From Phaeosaccion multiseriatum (lineage: Eukaryota; Protista; Ochrophyta, other classes): a stretch of 64,000 nt of DNA. A program made the translations under genes and the position numbers. Location: positions 434,001 to 498,000 of the forward strand of contig OZ218950.1 in assembly GCA_965112735.1 (NCBI GenBank), read 5' to 3'. Under the pieces are notes generated by a model that was given only the letters and a program-made list of their open reading frames with translations, had not been told where the DNA came from and made no database searches. The first letter of the stretch is position 1, and each line of letters opens with the position of its first letter. Shown piece after piece: positions 50,101-63,666 of the stretch.

Positions 50101-52491
50101 CCCCCGTGCGGTGCTGGATGAAGCCGGAGCGGGCAAGCGCCTCTTTAGCAAAGCACCCCAAGGGGGGGAGGAGGCGAGAGACCCTATTCTAGGACGGGAA
50201 GGAGGACGAGGAGGACGACGAGGAGGAGGAGGAGGAGGAGGAGGAGGAGGAGGAGGAGGGGCGCGAGAGGGGTGGAAAGATGCGCCCTTGCTGCGAGGAG
50301 GGGCTGCCGGTGTTGGTGTTGGTGTTGGTGGTGTTGGGGGTGGGAACGGTCCTGCTATGCCTACCTCTGCCAAGGCTCCCAAGGGCAGAGCGGCTGCTGT
50401 GGACCTGGCATGGGCCCCGGGGGGAGGACCCGGGGGGGGAGGCAAGCTTTACGTTGGTTCTTCGCGGGGGGAGATTTGGCGATTCGACGTCGCCAGCGGT
50501 GACAGCGATGGGCGTAGGAAGGGGGGTCATGGGGCTTGGGGATTGGAGGCGGCAGCGGGACGCCCGTCGGGTGCTGCGGGGGGCAAGGACGACAACAAGA
50601 GCGGCCCTGCCTCAGGCAATGCAGCGTATGGCAATGGCCCTGTCTCAGGCGGTACAAGCAAGCAGCGTCCTATCCCCGTGGTGCTTGGTCACTTCGGCGC
50701 GGTGCACGGCCTGGCAACGAGCCCCATTGACGACGGACTCGTGGCTACGGTGGGGGAGGACAGGCTGCTCTGTCTCTGGGACGTTTCATCTTCATCTTCC
50801 TCGTCCAGGGGGATGGCAGCAAATGGCAGTGGGTGTGTAGGGCGAGCGGTGCTGCCCTTCCCGGCGCGTAGTGTGGGCTTCAGTCCGGACGGGGGCCTGC
50901 TGGCTGTGGGCATGAAGAGAGGCGTGGTGGGGGTGTACGACATTCACAGGCTCTGCCATCTGTGGCGGCGGCGGAAGCGGGGCACTCATACGGAGGGATA
51001 TGATGACAGTGGGGAGGGGGGGGAGGTGCGGACAGTACGGCTGTTGCACCCCAGTGAGGAGGACGTTGATGATGTCTCATTCAGTCCAGACGGGAGGCGT
51101 CTTGCCGTGGCCTCGCATGACAATTTCATCTACCTCTATGTCGTGGACTCAAGTCAGGACAGTCAAGGTGGTGGCAAAGACAAAGGTAAAGGAGGGCAGC
51201 ACGCGAGTGGCGCTACGAGCGGGAAGAAGAAGAGGGAAGGAGGGGTCTCAAAGTTTGGCGGCGACCATGACGACTGTCACGGCCGTACCACCAACGGGCA
51301 CACCACCCTCCGCCTGGTGGGCCGATGCTCGGGCCACACCTCCTATGTAACGCACATGGACTGGAGTGCTGATTCCTCCCTCCTTCAGTCCACCTGTGGA
51401 GCCTATGAGTTGCTTTTCTGGGATGCCAGCACGGGTCGGCAGAGCAGCAGGGGCAGCTTCAGGGATGTGGAATGGGCTACGTACTCGTGTGTGCTGGGCT
51501 TCCCCGTGGTGAGTGAGTCGGGGAGAGGGAGGGAGGGAGGGAGGGAGGGAGGGAGTGGGTGAGTGAGTGAGTGAGTGGGTGAGTGAATGGGTGAGTGAGT
51601 GGGTGAGTGAGCGAGTGATTCTCTCTCTGCCTCTCTATCTCTCTGTCTGTCTCTCTCTCTTCTCTCCTTGCCTCTCTCCTCCTCCTCTCTGCCACAATCA
51701 TAACCCACCCTCTCACTGCCCCTCTCCCTTCCCTTACCACACTACAAACCTAAACTCAACCTCACAACAATCACAGATGGGCATTTGGCCACCCACCTCG
51801 GACGGCACAGACGTCAACGCCCTGCAACGTTCTCGAGACGGCAGATTCATTGCAACTGGCGACGACTTTGGCGGAGTCAAACTCTTCAATGCCCCCTGTG
51901 TGGTGTCTCACGCCCCCTTCCGGAGGTACCGGGGCCACTCCGCCCACGTGATGAACGTGCGCTTCTCGAGGGGAGACAAGCACCTTGTGAGCGTGGGGGG
52001 GGGGGACAAGAGTGTCGTGGTGTGGCGCTTTCACGACAGGGCTCCGCCTCTGGACAAGGTGTGTAAGTGTGAGGAGAGGAGGGGTGGGGGGTGAGGGGTG
52101 AGGGGTGAGGGGTGAGGAGGAGGGCGCCTTTCTTGCAAAGTGTCAGGAAAGACGAGTGCCCTCTTTTAACACTCCTTCACCAGGAGGGAGCGCCCGCAGT
52201 TGGGAAGCCACTCATTCCTGCCCTGACGGTCCTCGTGCTTTAGCCCAAGTCACTCTCTCCCTCTCTCTCTCTCTCACACACACATCCACGCACACACTCT
52301 CTCGCTATCTCTCTCCCCGCCCCCCCCCCTCTCTCTCTCACACACACACACACACACTCTCTCTCTTCCCTCCCCTCCCCTCCCCCCTCTCTCTTTGCCA
52401 CATTGACGTACGTGTCTCTTTTCAGCCCCGGCCCCCAGAGGAGGAAGTGGAGCGGCTCAAGGGCCCGGCTAAAGGGGCGTGGCTGCCATAA
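45170..52491 (+). CDS. EF-hand + echinoderm microtubule-associated protein-like (EML) WD40 protein
   Basis: EF-hands YDADGNGVLSMKEF and FDLNGDGAICIDEL; HELP-like RHVLGYR; QRHFVGHTDDI, LAVASHDNFIYLY, GHTSYVTHMDWS, GIWP..DGTDVN, YRGHSAHVMNVRF. Confidence 0.88.
48816..48896. repeat. (GTGAGGTA)n microsatellite starting at a 5' splice site
   Basis: About ten 8-bp units directly after exon end ..ccgcag. Confidence 0.9.
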
Positions 52492-53353
52492 CACAGCAGT
52501 TGATGGTACAGCGGCATTTGTGCTTGTTTGCTAGACTGATACCTATCCGAAGGCTCTATCTCAAGACTGGGAAGTACGAGCCGGGCAAAAGTACGACTTT
52601 ACAACACAGTCCATGACCAAGTGCATGCTGTACCGCACAACTGCGCCGATGCAGTGCCCAAAGATACTGTCATAGAATGCCATGGACACGCAAACTGCCA
52701 GACTGCCCTCGTAGACTGCCGTAGATTGCCATCCATGTACAGCGGCGCTTACCAGCGACAGGGCTGCTTTCCGGCTGAAGAAATGTGGTGTAATGCACTG
52801 GTCGGGATGGTATGATGTACGGTCGGGATGGTGTGCTACGTACCAAAGAGGGTGGCAAAGCCCTCACTGGCTCAGTGAGACAAAAGTTAAATGCGGTATC
52901 GAGCTCCTGTTAAATCGGGTTTAATTGACTATGCTCTCTCCCATGTCTCTGTGTGTGTGCTGGATATTCAAACCTTAACCTTACTTGCTACGCAAATGTG
53001 GTCAACCAAAGACTACTTTACAAGATTTAACCATACGCCAAAGGTGGCCAGGCCCGACCCTACCTTGATTCAATCTACACTATGACTAAGACTACTGCTG
53101 ATGGTGTCCAGACTTTGGACGGCAGACAGAGAGAAAGACCCACCTCAGCCATTGGTGATACAACAGCTAGTTCACGGGAACCTCTCTCGCTCACCCCATC
53201 CCCAGGCAGTTTGGAGCTGCTCGGTTCGACCGCAGCTGAGCTGAAACTGAACCTGTGCTCTCTTGTTTGCTCGCCCTCTCTCCTCTCTCCCTGCTCTCTC
53301 TCTGTGATCTCCCTTCTCTATGTGTGTTTGTGTGCGCACGCCACCTCATGCCC

Positions 53354-54657
53354 TCATGCCCTGTAAAAGGCGGTCAGCGCGTCCACGTGCATCTTCAAAG
53401 CCTGCTGCTGCTCCAACCCCCCCTCCCCCCCCATTCCACCCATCACTACAAGCTCCTGCCGAGTGGTGGCTGAGATGATGGTCAGCGCCAGTGAGATGAC
53501 GATGATGACAAAGAGCCAGAACTTTGGCGCGTTCTGCAGCTCTTCCCGTTTGGGCCACCTGATGCGAGGGATGCGCAGTCGCGGCACCCCCTCCACCGGA
53601 GGCATCTTGGCCCTTCGCCCTCTCTTCTCCCCGTCCTTTCCCCTCATGTTAAACTTCTTGGGCAGACTCGGAAGATTCGGTAAGCTAGGGAGGTCAGCAG
53701 CTGCGTCTTGGAAGGCCTTGGCGGTTTCAGCCTTTGCCTTTTCGAGCCCCTTTTCGCTGCGCTTGAGCCTGAACTTGGCCTCTCCTTTGGCATCCTTGAG
53801 CGCTTGATTCACCTGTTGGTGATATGGATGGAGATACCGATGGATAGAGTGTCACATTAGAATAACATGCGTGAGTATGTTGGAACACCGATCGATAGAG
53901 TGAGCATCGTGTCGTGTGAGATGTATGTAAGGTTGTGCGTGTGTGTGTGCATGTGTGTGTGTGTACGGGGGGGGGCAGGGGAACAGTAGATAATGTTGTC
54001 GGCACTGACCGGGGCGGGGGTGGGTGCTGTCACGACATAAATACTCTAAATAAAGATTGCTTCTCGCTCTTCCCCTCTCCCCGCACTGTCTACCATCCAT
54101 GCCCACCCACGCCTTCCCTCCATCTCGTGCTCACACACTCACCACGTCGAGCGGGGTTTCTTCCCTGCGGTAATTCCGACTCTTTCGCGGGTTGGCCTGG
54201 GAAGGATGTCCACAGAGGCAGTAGAGAGATAGACAGGAGAGATGGACAGAGACAGAGTGTGAGTGAGAGTGGGGGGTGGGGGGAGGCTGCGAGGGGGGTT
54301 GACACGAGAAGAGAGCCCCACCTTCGCTTCCTCTTGCAGTTCCGCCAGCCTCGCTTCCAACGCACGTAGGGTGTCATCCCCTTCCCCCCCTCCCCCCTCC
54401 CAACCTTCTCCCCCTCCTCCACGGGGTTGATTCTCGTCATCGTAGGCAGACAGAGGAGACAGCAGCCCCCTCTTCCTCATTCTCCTACTGCTGCTGCCGC
54501 TACCGCAGCTGTGGTGCGCAGTTGTGGCCATGTCGTGAGCAAGGGAAGAGGCCTGCGATCTGACGATGCAGGAACCGGGGAGCCCCCCTCCCATGAAGGC
54601 TTGCACATGGACACTGCTGTTCACAAGCAGTAGCGACAGGAACAGAAAAAATGGCAT
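53354..54657 (-). CDS. Hypothetical, probably plastid-targeted membrane protein
   Basis: Signal peptide ending VQA-F followed by a Ser-rich transit-like stretch; coiled coil (LRALEARLAELQEE); one TM helix (FWLFVIIVISLALTIIS); GT-AG exons. Confidence 0.6.
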
Positions 54658-55788
54658 CCTCGCCCAACGAAAGAGAGGCCAAAGAGAGCCCTCTGAGGAC
54701 CTTTAGGGCTTTGGACAGACAGAGATGCTTTCTATAACAGAGAGAGAAGGAGATGCGGGGCAAAACACCCATTTGTGAGTCTGTGGGCTGCCAACATGTT
54801 AAGGGGAGGGCCGCAGTTTAACAACTCCTCAGGCTCATGTATGTTATGTATGCTCATCGCCTGGAGAAGCTCAGGTCGTGTCAAGAGGAAGGAGGCTTGC
54901 GAGGCAGAGAAGGAAGCGAAAAACAACGCCTGTTGCAGGCAAAGCAAAACAAAAAAGGGAAAATGGGAAAAAGTTGGGGGGGGGGGGGCTTTAGTCATAG
55001 TCTCCTGACCCAGTGAAGGTTGCTGAGACCTTTGGCATCAATCCCACTCCTGGTACACTCTGCCATGACAGGCGCAGGCTGCTCGACCCTTTCCGTGACC
55101 CCACTGGGTTTGCTTCTCGCTGGACCGTGCCCGAAGAAGGGGCCTGCAGCTCCGACTGGGGGTCAGCGAGCGGCAACGTCCAGCTCTAATTATTGCCCTC
55201 GCTCTGTGCCCGGACGTCCTCTTGCTAGACGAACCCACCTCCCCTCTGGGCCCGGTCTCTACGCTCAGGTAAGACCCAGTGGACGAGTGGGCGGGGGGAG
55301 GTTGCGCACGGGAGGAAAGTCCCGCAAGGCCCCCGTCTCTTGCTTGTCCTTTCGTGTCCGTCCTCCAAAGATTCCTTCCTCCCCTCCCTCCCCTCCCTCC
55401 CCCCACGCTCCCCAGTGTGGAGGAGAGCTTAGTCCGCAGCGGCATTACCAGCGTTATTGTCACGCACAGGCAGCGTGGAGCAGGTGGGTGCGCTCCTCGA
55501 TGAGAGCAGTGAAAGCATTTTCCCCCTTTTGATCTCGACCCTTGCCTCCACAGCATGAAATAGTCCCACTACCTTGCTTTTCACTCGCCCCCCCGTTCTT
55601 GCGGCACACAAGTTTGGCGAAGAACCGCTTTACCCTGACATTACCCCAAGTGGAAGTTGGACAAGGTTTACACACTCTTCCATGCACGCCTCTTCCCCCC
55701 TCGTTGTACCACCCCAGATCATGATGGCCTCGTCGGTACCCTGCAGGACGACACTCTTGTGTTCGGCCCTGGACAAGGTTATCTGATA

Positions 55789-55916
55789 ACTGATTACGGC
55801 CGGCGCAGCCGGCCTGATTACTGATTATGGCGCCAGCCGGGCCTGATTACTGATTATGACCGGCGCCAGCCGGCCTGATTACTGATTATTGGCGCCAGCC
55901 GGCCTGATTACTGATG
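55789..55916. repeat. Minisatellite, ~30-bp unit CTGATTACTGATTATGGCGCCAGCCGGC x ~4
   Basis: Directly visible tandem units. Confidence 0.85.
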
Positions 55917-56114
55917 AGCCCGTAACCTTGCCCAGGGTCTATTGTGTGGCTAAAGGTCACATCCTTTCCTCAAGCGAGTGCTGGCTGGCCGAAATCCCTC
56001 CTTCGTGACATCTCCTCTCCAGCAACGTTGGCAGCCAGCACCTTCGTGGGCCTGGGCCTGCCTGTAGGCTAGATCAAGTAGCTAGGACAGCCTTCAAGAA
56101 ACACTCACGCAGTT

Positions 56115-56879
56115 TCGGCCCCATGCACGCCTAGCGGCCTAGGCCTATTTTGGAAAATTGCCCGGCCTAGCGAGGGCCGTAGGCCCTCGGCCTATTTATA
56201 GGCCGCCGCCTAGGGCAGACGCCAACTAGGCGCAGGTCCAGGGCGGGAATATGCTCATACGCCCCTGGGCTGGCCCGGAACCCGCCCAAGTGTCGTAGCT
56301 AGAGGAGAGAGTGAAGATAAAGGAGAGTGGGAAAAAAAAGATGCTTTTTGTCCCCTCACTCTTCTGCCTCTCCCTCGCCCTACCTAGCTCGCTTCGCCCT
56401 CCCTTCCTCCACCCCGGGGCCCACCACTTCTGCTCTGAGCGCCACATCATCATTGTCTGCTACAACGAGGGCACCTGTGGAAATGAGTACCACCTTCGTT
56501 GCCTCGGCCTTCGCTCCAGGCCGAGAGCGAGGACGGTGGGAGTGCCCAGAGTGCAAAGAGTTGTCAGTTTTAAGCAAATGTTTTTAAGGGGATGGAAGGG
56601 AGGAGAGACTTGGTTCTTGTTGTCTCTTTCCGCCTCGCTGGCCCTACGAGGAGTGTAGGCCTACAGGTGTGCTGCTACCCACTGGCCGGGCGGCACCAGC
56701 CACGCACGCGCCCACGGTCACCGGGAGGCTGCCTAGAGGCGGGCTATGTAGGCCGCCTAGGACTGAAAAGTGAGCGGCCTAGAGCGGCCGGAGGCCGCCG
56801 GCCTAGGCCTAGATCGGCCGAAGGCCGAGCGGCCTAGCTGCCTAGAGCAAAACCGCTAGGCATGCATGGGGCCGAGCGA
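56115..56879. mobile_element. Non-autonomous TIR DNA transposon carrying a frameshifted PHD-finger fragment
   Basis: 23-bp TIR TCGGCCCCATGCA(C/T)GCCTAGCGG at 56115-56137 and 56853-56875; many subterminal GGCCTAG/CTAGGCC repeats; possible GCAGTT TSD; internal C..CGNEYHLRCLGL / GRWECPECK. Confidence 0.7.
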
Positions 56880-56886
56880 GCAGTTA

Positions 56887-57000
56887 GGTGTCCAAAAAAT
56901 AAAAAAAATTTGGGCCCCTAAATCTTGAAGTAGCTAGTCTAGTGGTGTCCAAAAAATAAAAAAAATTTGGGCCCCTAAATCTTGAAGTAGCTAGTCTAGT
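56887..57000. repeat. Perfect 57-bp tandem duplication ending in CTAGT
   Basis: ggtgtccaaaaaataaaaaaaatttgggcccctaaatcttgaagtagctagtctagt occurs twice. Confidence 0.9.
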
Positions 57001-57417
57001 ACGCAAAATTGTTAAGAGATGGCATCAATGACACACCCACAGCTCGCTTCCGACACACAGAGCCTTTTGCACAGAAGAGGAACGATTCTAATCGCTGCCG
57101 CTGTGCTGCTGCTGTTGCTCCCTTCTGCGACTCCTTCTCCTCTAAAGTCGTCCCCTCCTACGATTCTCGGCCCGAATTTCTCCTCCCCTTCCACCAGCTC
57201 TTTTCTCCCTCTTTTTTTGTTCCGATTACTGGATGCGGTAGGGTTAAAGAGCAAGAATTTATTTCTGCCGCCGACGAGATCCCGAGGAGCCAACTCCTCG
57301 TTTTCATGAGCTTCAATAGCCCTCAAGGGGGAGGTGGCAAGACCCCTGAGTCGGAAGAGGTAGGCCGGTCCCCACTTCACTTTTCCCTTTATCCAGTCTC
57401 TTTTTCTCTACCTCAAC

Positions 57418-58083
57418 ATGTTTTCGTTCATCTCCACACGAGCAGCGAGGAATGGAGTTGCCTTCTTCTCGCGACAGCGGTTGCACACCATGCGCACCCA
57501 GGAGGCGCTTCGCTTGGTGGAGACAAAAGATGTTGGGGTGCGGGCGGTGGCACGAACTGACTTGGCCAGGGGTACAGAAATCTGCGCGTGGGGGCCATTC
57601 AAGGACACAGGCAGCGCACGACCTTCTCCGACAATGCACACGGTGATGCTGGACAGTACCGTTCATGTTGCGCCGACGGAGGGGGCAGAATTCATTAACC
57701 ATGCTTGTGCAAACACCAATACCAGAATCATCATCCATGAGGACAGTCGCGGGGCTTCCTTTGTGGTTACGGAGGATGTGAGGGAGGGTGATGCCCTGTC
57801 CTTCAATTACAACACCACGGAGTGGGACATGAACTCTCCCTTTACGTGTCAATGCCCGGCTTGTGTGGAGAAATCATTTCCCACAGTGGTGCGAGGATTC
57901 AAGCATCTGTCTCTGAAAGACCAGGGAAAGATCTCACACGAAGCCAGCCCTTTGATCCTCCAACGAGCCGCCGAGGAGGCGTATGCCTTTTTGAAGCACG
58001 TGAATGGTTTGCAACAGGATGCAGCCAGTTACTACGCGCCCATTAATGAGGAGGAGGAAGAAGAGAGGGTCGGCGCGCTTTGA
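57418..58083 (+). CDS. Small SET-domain protein with post-SET Cys motif, intronless
   Basis: GVRAVARTDL..GTEI, FINHAC..N, VREGDALSFNY..EWDM..PFTCQC..C. Confidence 0.85.
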   Translation: MFSFISTRAARNGVAFFSRQRLHTMRTQEALRLVETKDVGVRAVARTDLARGTEICAWGPFKDTGSARPSPTMHTVMLDSTVHVAPTEGAEFINHACANTNTRIIIHEDSRGASFVVTEDVREGDALSFNYNTTEWDMNSPFTCQCPACVEKSFPTVVRGFKHLSLKDQGKISHEASPLILQRAAEEAYAFLKHVNGLQQDAASYYAPINEEEEEERVGAL

Positions 58084-59109
58084 TCACCATGCCTTTTTTG
58101 TAAGATACTTTGTCGGTCATCACCGGATTTGGCGCGCTTTGATCACCACGGGACTCACCCCAAGGCGGACATTATTGTTGGTATTACATATATATAAGAT
58201 AGTCTGGTTAGCACCTCATTTATGAAGAAGGGAGAAAGCAGTTTGACGACAGTCGAAGGGCCGCACGTCAGTTTTCCGTCTTGACAAGCAAGGCCCGGAT
58301 TGAATTACGATAAGCAAATAGCACAAGCAACAACACACAAAACGAGAGCACACCCATTCTTTGTTGAGCCACGTCTCCATAACTAGAGAGGGGCGTCACG
58401 TGGGGTGTGATGGAGGACGCCGACGACGTAATATGATCACAACAGGTGACGAGCCCTTCTTGCCCCGTCCCGCCCAGCCACTCCAACGAGCCACTCTTAG
58501 TCATGTCAACCACACCACACCGCCGTCAAAGACTGCACCGAAAACGGATTCAACGGAGTCGCTCAGCCAGCTATCGCTTCAGACCACTTGCCCCCCACCT
58601 CAAAGCCCACAGGTGAGAGGAAGCTTCTTTCAGAGCACCAACGCCGCGAGAAAGTCAAGGGGTCATCTCCACCCCGGGAGTACATGCTTTGCCCTGGAGG
58701 AAAGGTGCCTCTCCGTATTCCTTACCTCAACCGTTCAGAACCCCTATACCCTTTACGCACTCCAGGCACCGAACTACCAACAGCCAAGTCACAACACCGC
58801 AGAATACCGAAACCCTCCTTTGTGGAAGAGGTGCGTTGAATAGAAGGAAGGCAGCAGGGCTGCGAAATACAAGCAAAAGACAAAGACGCTGTGTTTTTGT
58901 TGGTGTGAGGCCGTTCATTTCTATACAAAAGCGGCCTCAGGGTCGCTGCTGCTTCTGCCTCTGATTCCTCAGCTGGTGCTGCTGCTGCTCTGCTGCTGTT
59001 GCTCTATCTTGCCAAACTAAACCTTCCGCGTCGTGCTGCTGTCGACGCACCAAGGCAATAATCTAGCGCCATAGGCTGCCATCCCATACCATCTAGTAGC
59101 CTGTGGCGG

Positions 59110-61788
59110 CTACCCCGGGCGTGTCCTCCAGGGGCTTCTCCTCCTTGGGGTCGTGGATGGTGATGACGTCGGACAGAGGCACCTTGGGGCCCTCCTTGCC
59201 CTAATGTTCAGCATGATTTGGTTGTGGGTTGTGGGTTGACGAGTTGGCGTGGTGGTGGGGGGGGTGCGTTCCAGTTCATGTTCGAGTGAGTCGAGTCGAA
59301 GCAACAGAACAGAAGGGAGAAGAACGGGAGGGTCGCCGTCAGTGTACAAGGAACGAGGGAGATAAATAGAGAAGAGAGGAGGGCTGCGCACACGCACACG
59401 CACGGCACAGCACAGCAAGTGCTTTGCTAATCTAGAGTTATGATTGTTCTATCAGTCAGAGTAATCAAGGAGAAGGAGGAGAAAACATCGTAGCACTTTG
59501 TTTTAATGCGCATGCAAGAATCAAATCAAACAGAGCAAACCCAACCAAACCAAGCCCCTCAGGCACAAAGCAAGCACACATCCACTCCAAGCAAGCAAGA
59601 GCACCCTCCCGCATACCCACAGCACAGCACAGCACACGTGCTCAGTAATTTTAAAGTTACGATTGTTTTATCAGTCAGAGGATTCAGACAGGGATAATTG
59701 TTTAACATCATTGCGAAGCGTGCTGTGTTTTGTAGACCAAATCAAATCAAATCAAGTCAAGACCCCAGCCCCACAAATCCCCCAACAAACAAACAAACAA
59801 ACACCCTTCCAGTCAAGATGAAAATAAACCGCAAAATACACAAGCAACTCCTCCCCGTCAACCCCCACCACTCACAAAACTCTCCTCACACGTACCGTTG
59901 GGTCGTGCGCAAGCATGATGGCGACCGTTACACCGAGCACTCCCTGTCGCATCATGACGTGGCGCACGGCGTAGTCTACGTACTCCTCCCTCGCGCGGCC
60001 GGACTTGATCATGTAACCGTCACGGAACTTCATGGCCTTGGCTCGCTGGGCACGCAGCTTTCCGCTGACGATCACCTCAGCTCCCTTGGCGCCGGACTCC
60101 ATAATGAAACGGAGGACACCGTAGCACGCACGTCGCACGGCCAGGCCGCCGATGAGTTTGTACTTGAGAGACTCGGCCTGATGGATAACCGTAAAGAAGT
60201 GGCGGCAGGAGAAATGAGGAGGAGGAGGGGAGGGGACGAGAGAAGCAATGGGGTGAGATGGGTGGGTGGGATCATGGGGACAGGCGGTGTGGCTGTGGAA
60301 AGGGCCCACGCTTTACAGCACAGCACTGTGCTCAGTTAAATTTAAAGTTACGATTAGTTTCTCAGTCAGAGGACTCAGACAGGGATAATTGTTTAACATC
60401 ATTGCGAAGCGTGCTGTGCCGGTGTGTGTGTGTGTGTGAAAAGAGTGTGGGTGGGTGTCAACGGGAGCAATGCCCACTCTTTCTCCATACCCCATGTCCG
60501 CATCCATGTATGTGCGTCAAGTGGAACCAAACAAATCCGCCAAACACCTTCTATCTCAAGACAGGCAGACAGACAGACCGAGACTGGAAAGAAGAGAGGA
60601 GGGCGCTCAAATTGAACCAAAATCAAAATCAGCAGCTCCTCTTGAGCACACGTAGCACGTACGTACAGCTCACTCACTCGCTCACTCACTCTCACCTGCG
60701 TCTGGGCGCACAGCCCTCGCTTGGCGATCCTCTCTGCGTAAAGCTCAACGCCATTCTCCTGGAACTTGAAGCGCTTCTGCACAACGGAGGTGAGCTCACG
60801 GATGCGCTGCCCCTTCTCTCCGAGCACGTTTTGTGGGCGGGTGGCACGGATGATAATCTCAGTGCGCAGGGGGGTGTTTCGCACCTCCACACCTGCGTAC
60901 CCGTCCTCCGCGAGCTCCTTGTTCAGGAGCTGTGTGTGCGCGTGTGTGTGATGTGTAGCAAGTCGGACATGTGAGGGGAGAGGGGGGAATGAAAGAAGGG
61001 GTACGAGGAGGCGGAGGTAAGGGGAGGAGACGGAAAAGGAAGAGGCTTCGGTTAGGGAATGGAGATAGGCGCCTTGAAGGCACAGTCTTGAGTACAAGAT
61101 TGCGTAGCTGGTGCTGGCTGTGGTGCCATGTGCTATACGAAGGTATACCCTCCTCCTCCTCCCTCCTCGGCTGCTGCTCAAATTTGCCAAGCCCTTAAAG
61201 CAGACCGAGGTAAACAATCCGCGCGTCCACAGCAGAAGCCGGGACCTCCATGGGTACGAAGGAAGTCTCCTGAAGTGTTTCACGTTGCAGTGTCCTTTCT
61301 CCTCTTTTCACTCAGAATTGGGTCATACCCTTGGGTCCTCCTTCCTCCATCATCTCTCGTCTCTTCCCGCCCATCCATCATCTCCTCCCCGAATTGCTGC
61401 ATAGACCACGTCTTGTGCTGCAGGATAATCCTTCAGCACACGTTTTGCTATCAAAGCTTGTCCCTTTCGAAGGCCCTCTTTCTCTCTCTCCTCTCCTGTT
61501 TGGCCTCCTCTTCGCTGATTCCCACCCCCTCGATCGCTGAAGGACTCCTGAGCTCGTAACCCAGCCGCCGGTATAGGCCCCCACTAGAGAAACCACGAGC
61601 TGCCCTGCATAGCTCCTCCTGCACCTCAAGGCGTAACCAGCTCTCCCTCTGGCACCGAGGAGGAGGTGACCATGACCTCCTCCCTTCCCTCGCCGTGGAG
61701 CATCACAAATACCTACCTCGTTGAGCTCGGCGTAGAACACACCGTCCGCCACAAACTTGCGCTTCTTGTTCATGTCAGCCTGCGCCAT
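59110..61788 (-). CDS. RPS3: 40S ribosomal protein S3 (uS3), 4 exons
   Basis: [78 protein letters not shown]. Confidence 0.97.
59638..59716 (-). ncRNA. Box C/D snoRNA, snR38/SNORD1-like (LSU Gm guide), intronic copy 1
   Basis: Sense strand ATGATG..AAACAATTATCCCTGT-CTGA(D')..CTGA(D). Guide complements the conserved LSU sequence ACAGGGAUAA; flanking CACAGCAC/GTGCTGTG stem. Confidence 0.85.
60328..60407 (-). ncRNA. Box C/D snoRNA, snR38/SNORD1-like, intronic copy 2
   Basis: Near-identical to copy 1, with the same boxes and guide, in the preceding RPS3 intron. Confidence 0.85.
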
Positions 61789-62269
61789 GGTTGCCTGAGG
61801 GAAGCAGCAGCAGCAGCTATTAATGCTCCCGATCCCACATCGCCACCCAGCGATTCCCCCGGGGGCCCAGGTCCCCACCACTAAAACTCACATCACACAC
61901 ACACATTCCTTGCTCGCTCTCTTCACCTTTCAACAAGAGGCATAGTAAGCAGAGAGGAGCGCTGCAATAAGATCCAGGGGACGTTCGTTGTGCACAGGAT
62001 TCACGACGGTGTAGTGGGCGCTCGGGATCGGCGTGGTATAGAGCAGGTAAGGAGGTTGTTGGGAGACAAGAGAGCCAAGGGTTAGAAATGACCTATCCTC
62101 TTCATGCTGCTGCAAGCGCAGCCGCACCGCAGCTTTCTTGATGCAGAGATTGACCCAACATTTTTGTCCTTTTTTGCACCGCCATACCCTCGCCTCTGTC
62201 TATCCTTGTCCGCCAGCAGACGAATCACAGCAGAGAGGAGCGAGCAAAGGCGCAAGATTGCGGGCCACG

Positions 62270-63666
<1,397 letters not shown>

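Noticed and set aside
55789-55916. 30-bp repeats as a CRISPR array or iterons
   Set aside because: Head-to-tail units without spacers; an ordinary minisatellite.
60931-61716. Long RPS3 intron 1 as host of U15, RNase P/MRP or other ncRNA
   Set aside because: No convincing box pair with an rRNA guide and no P4 motifs found.
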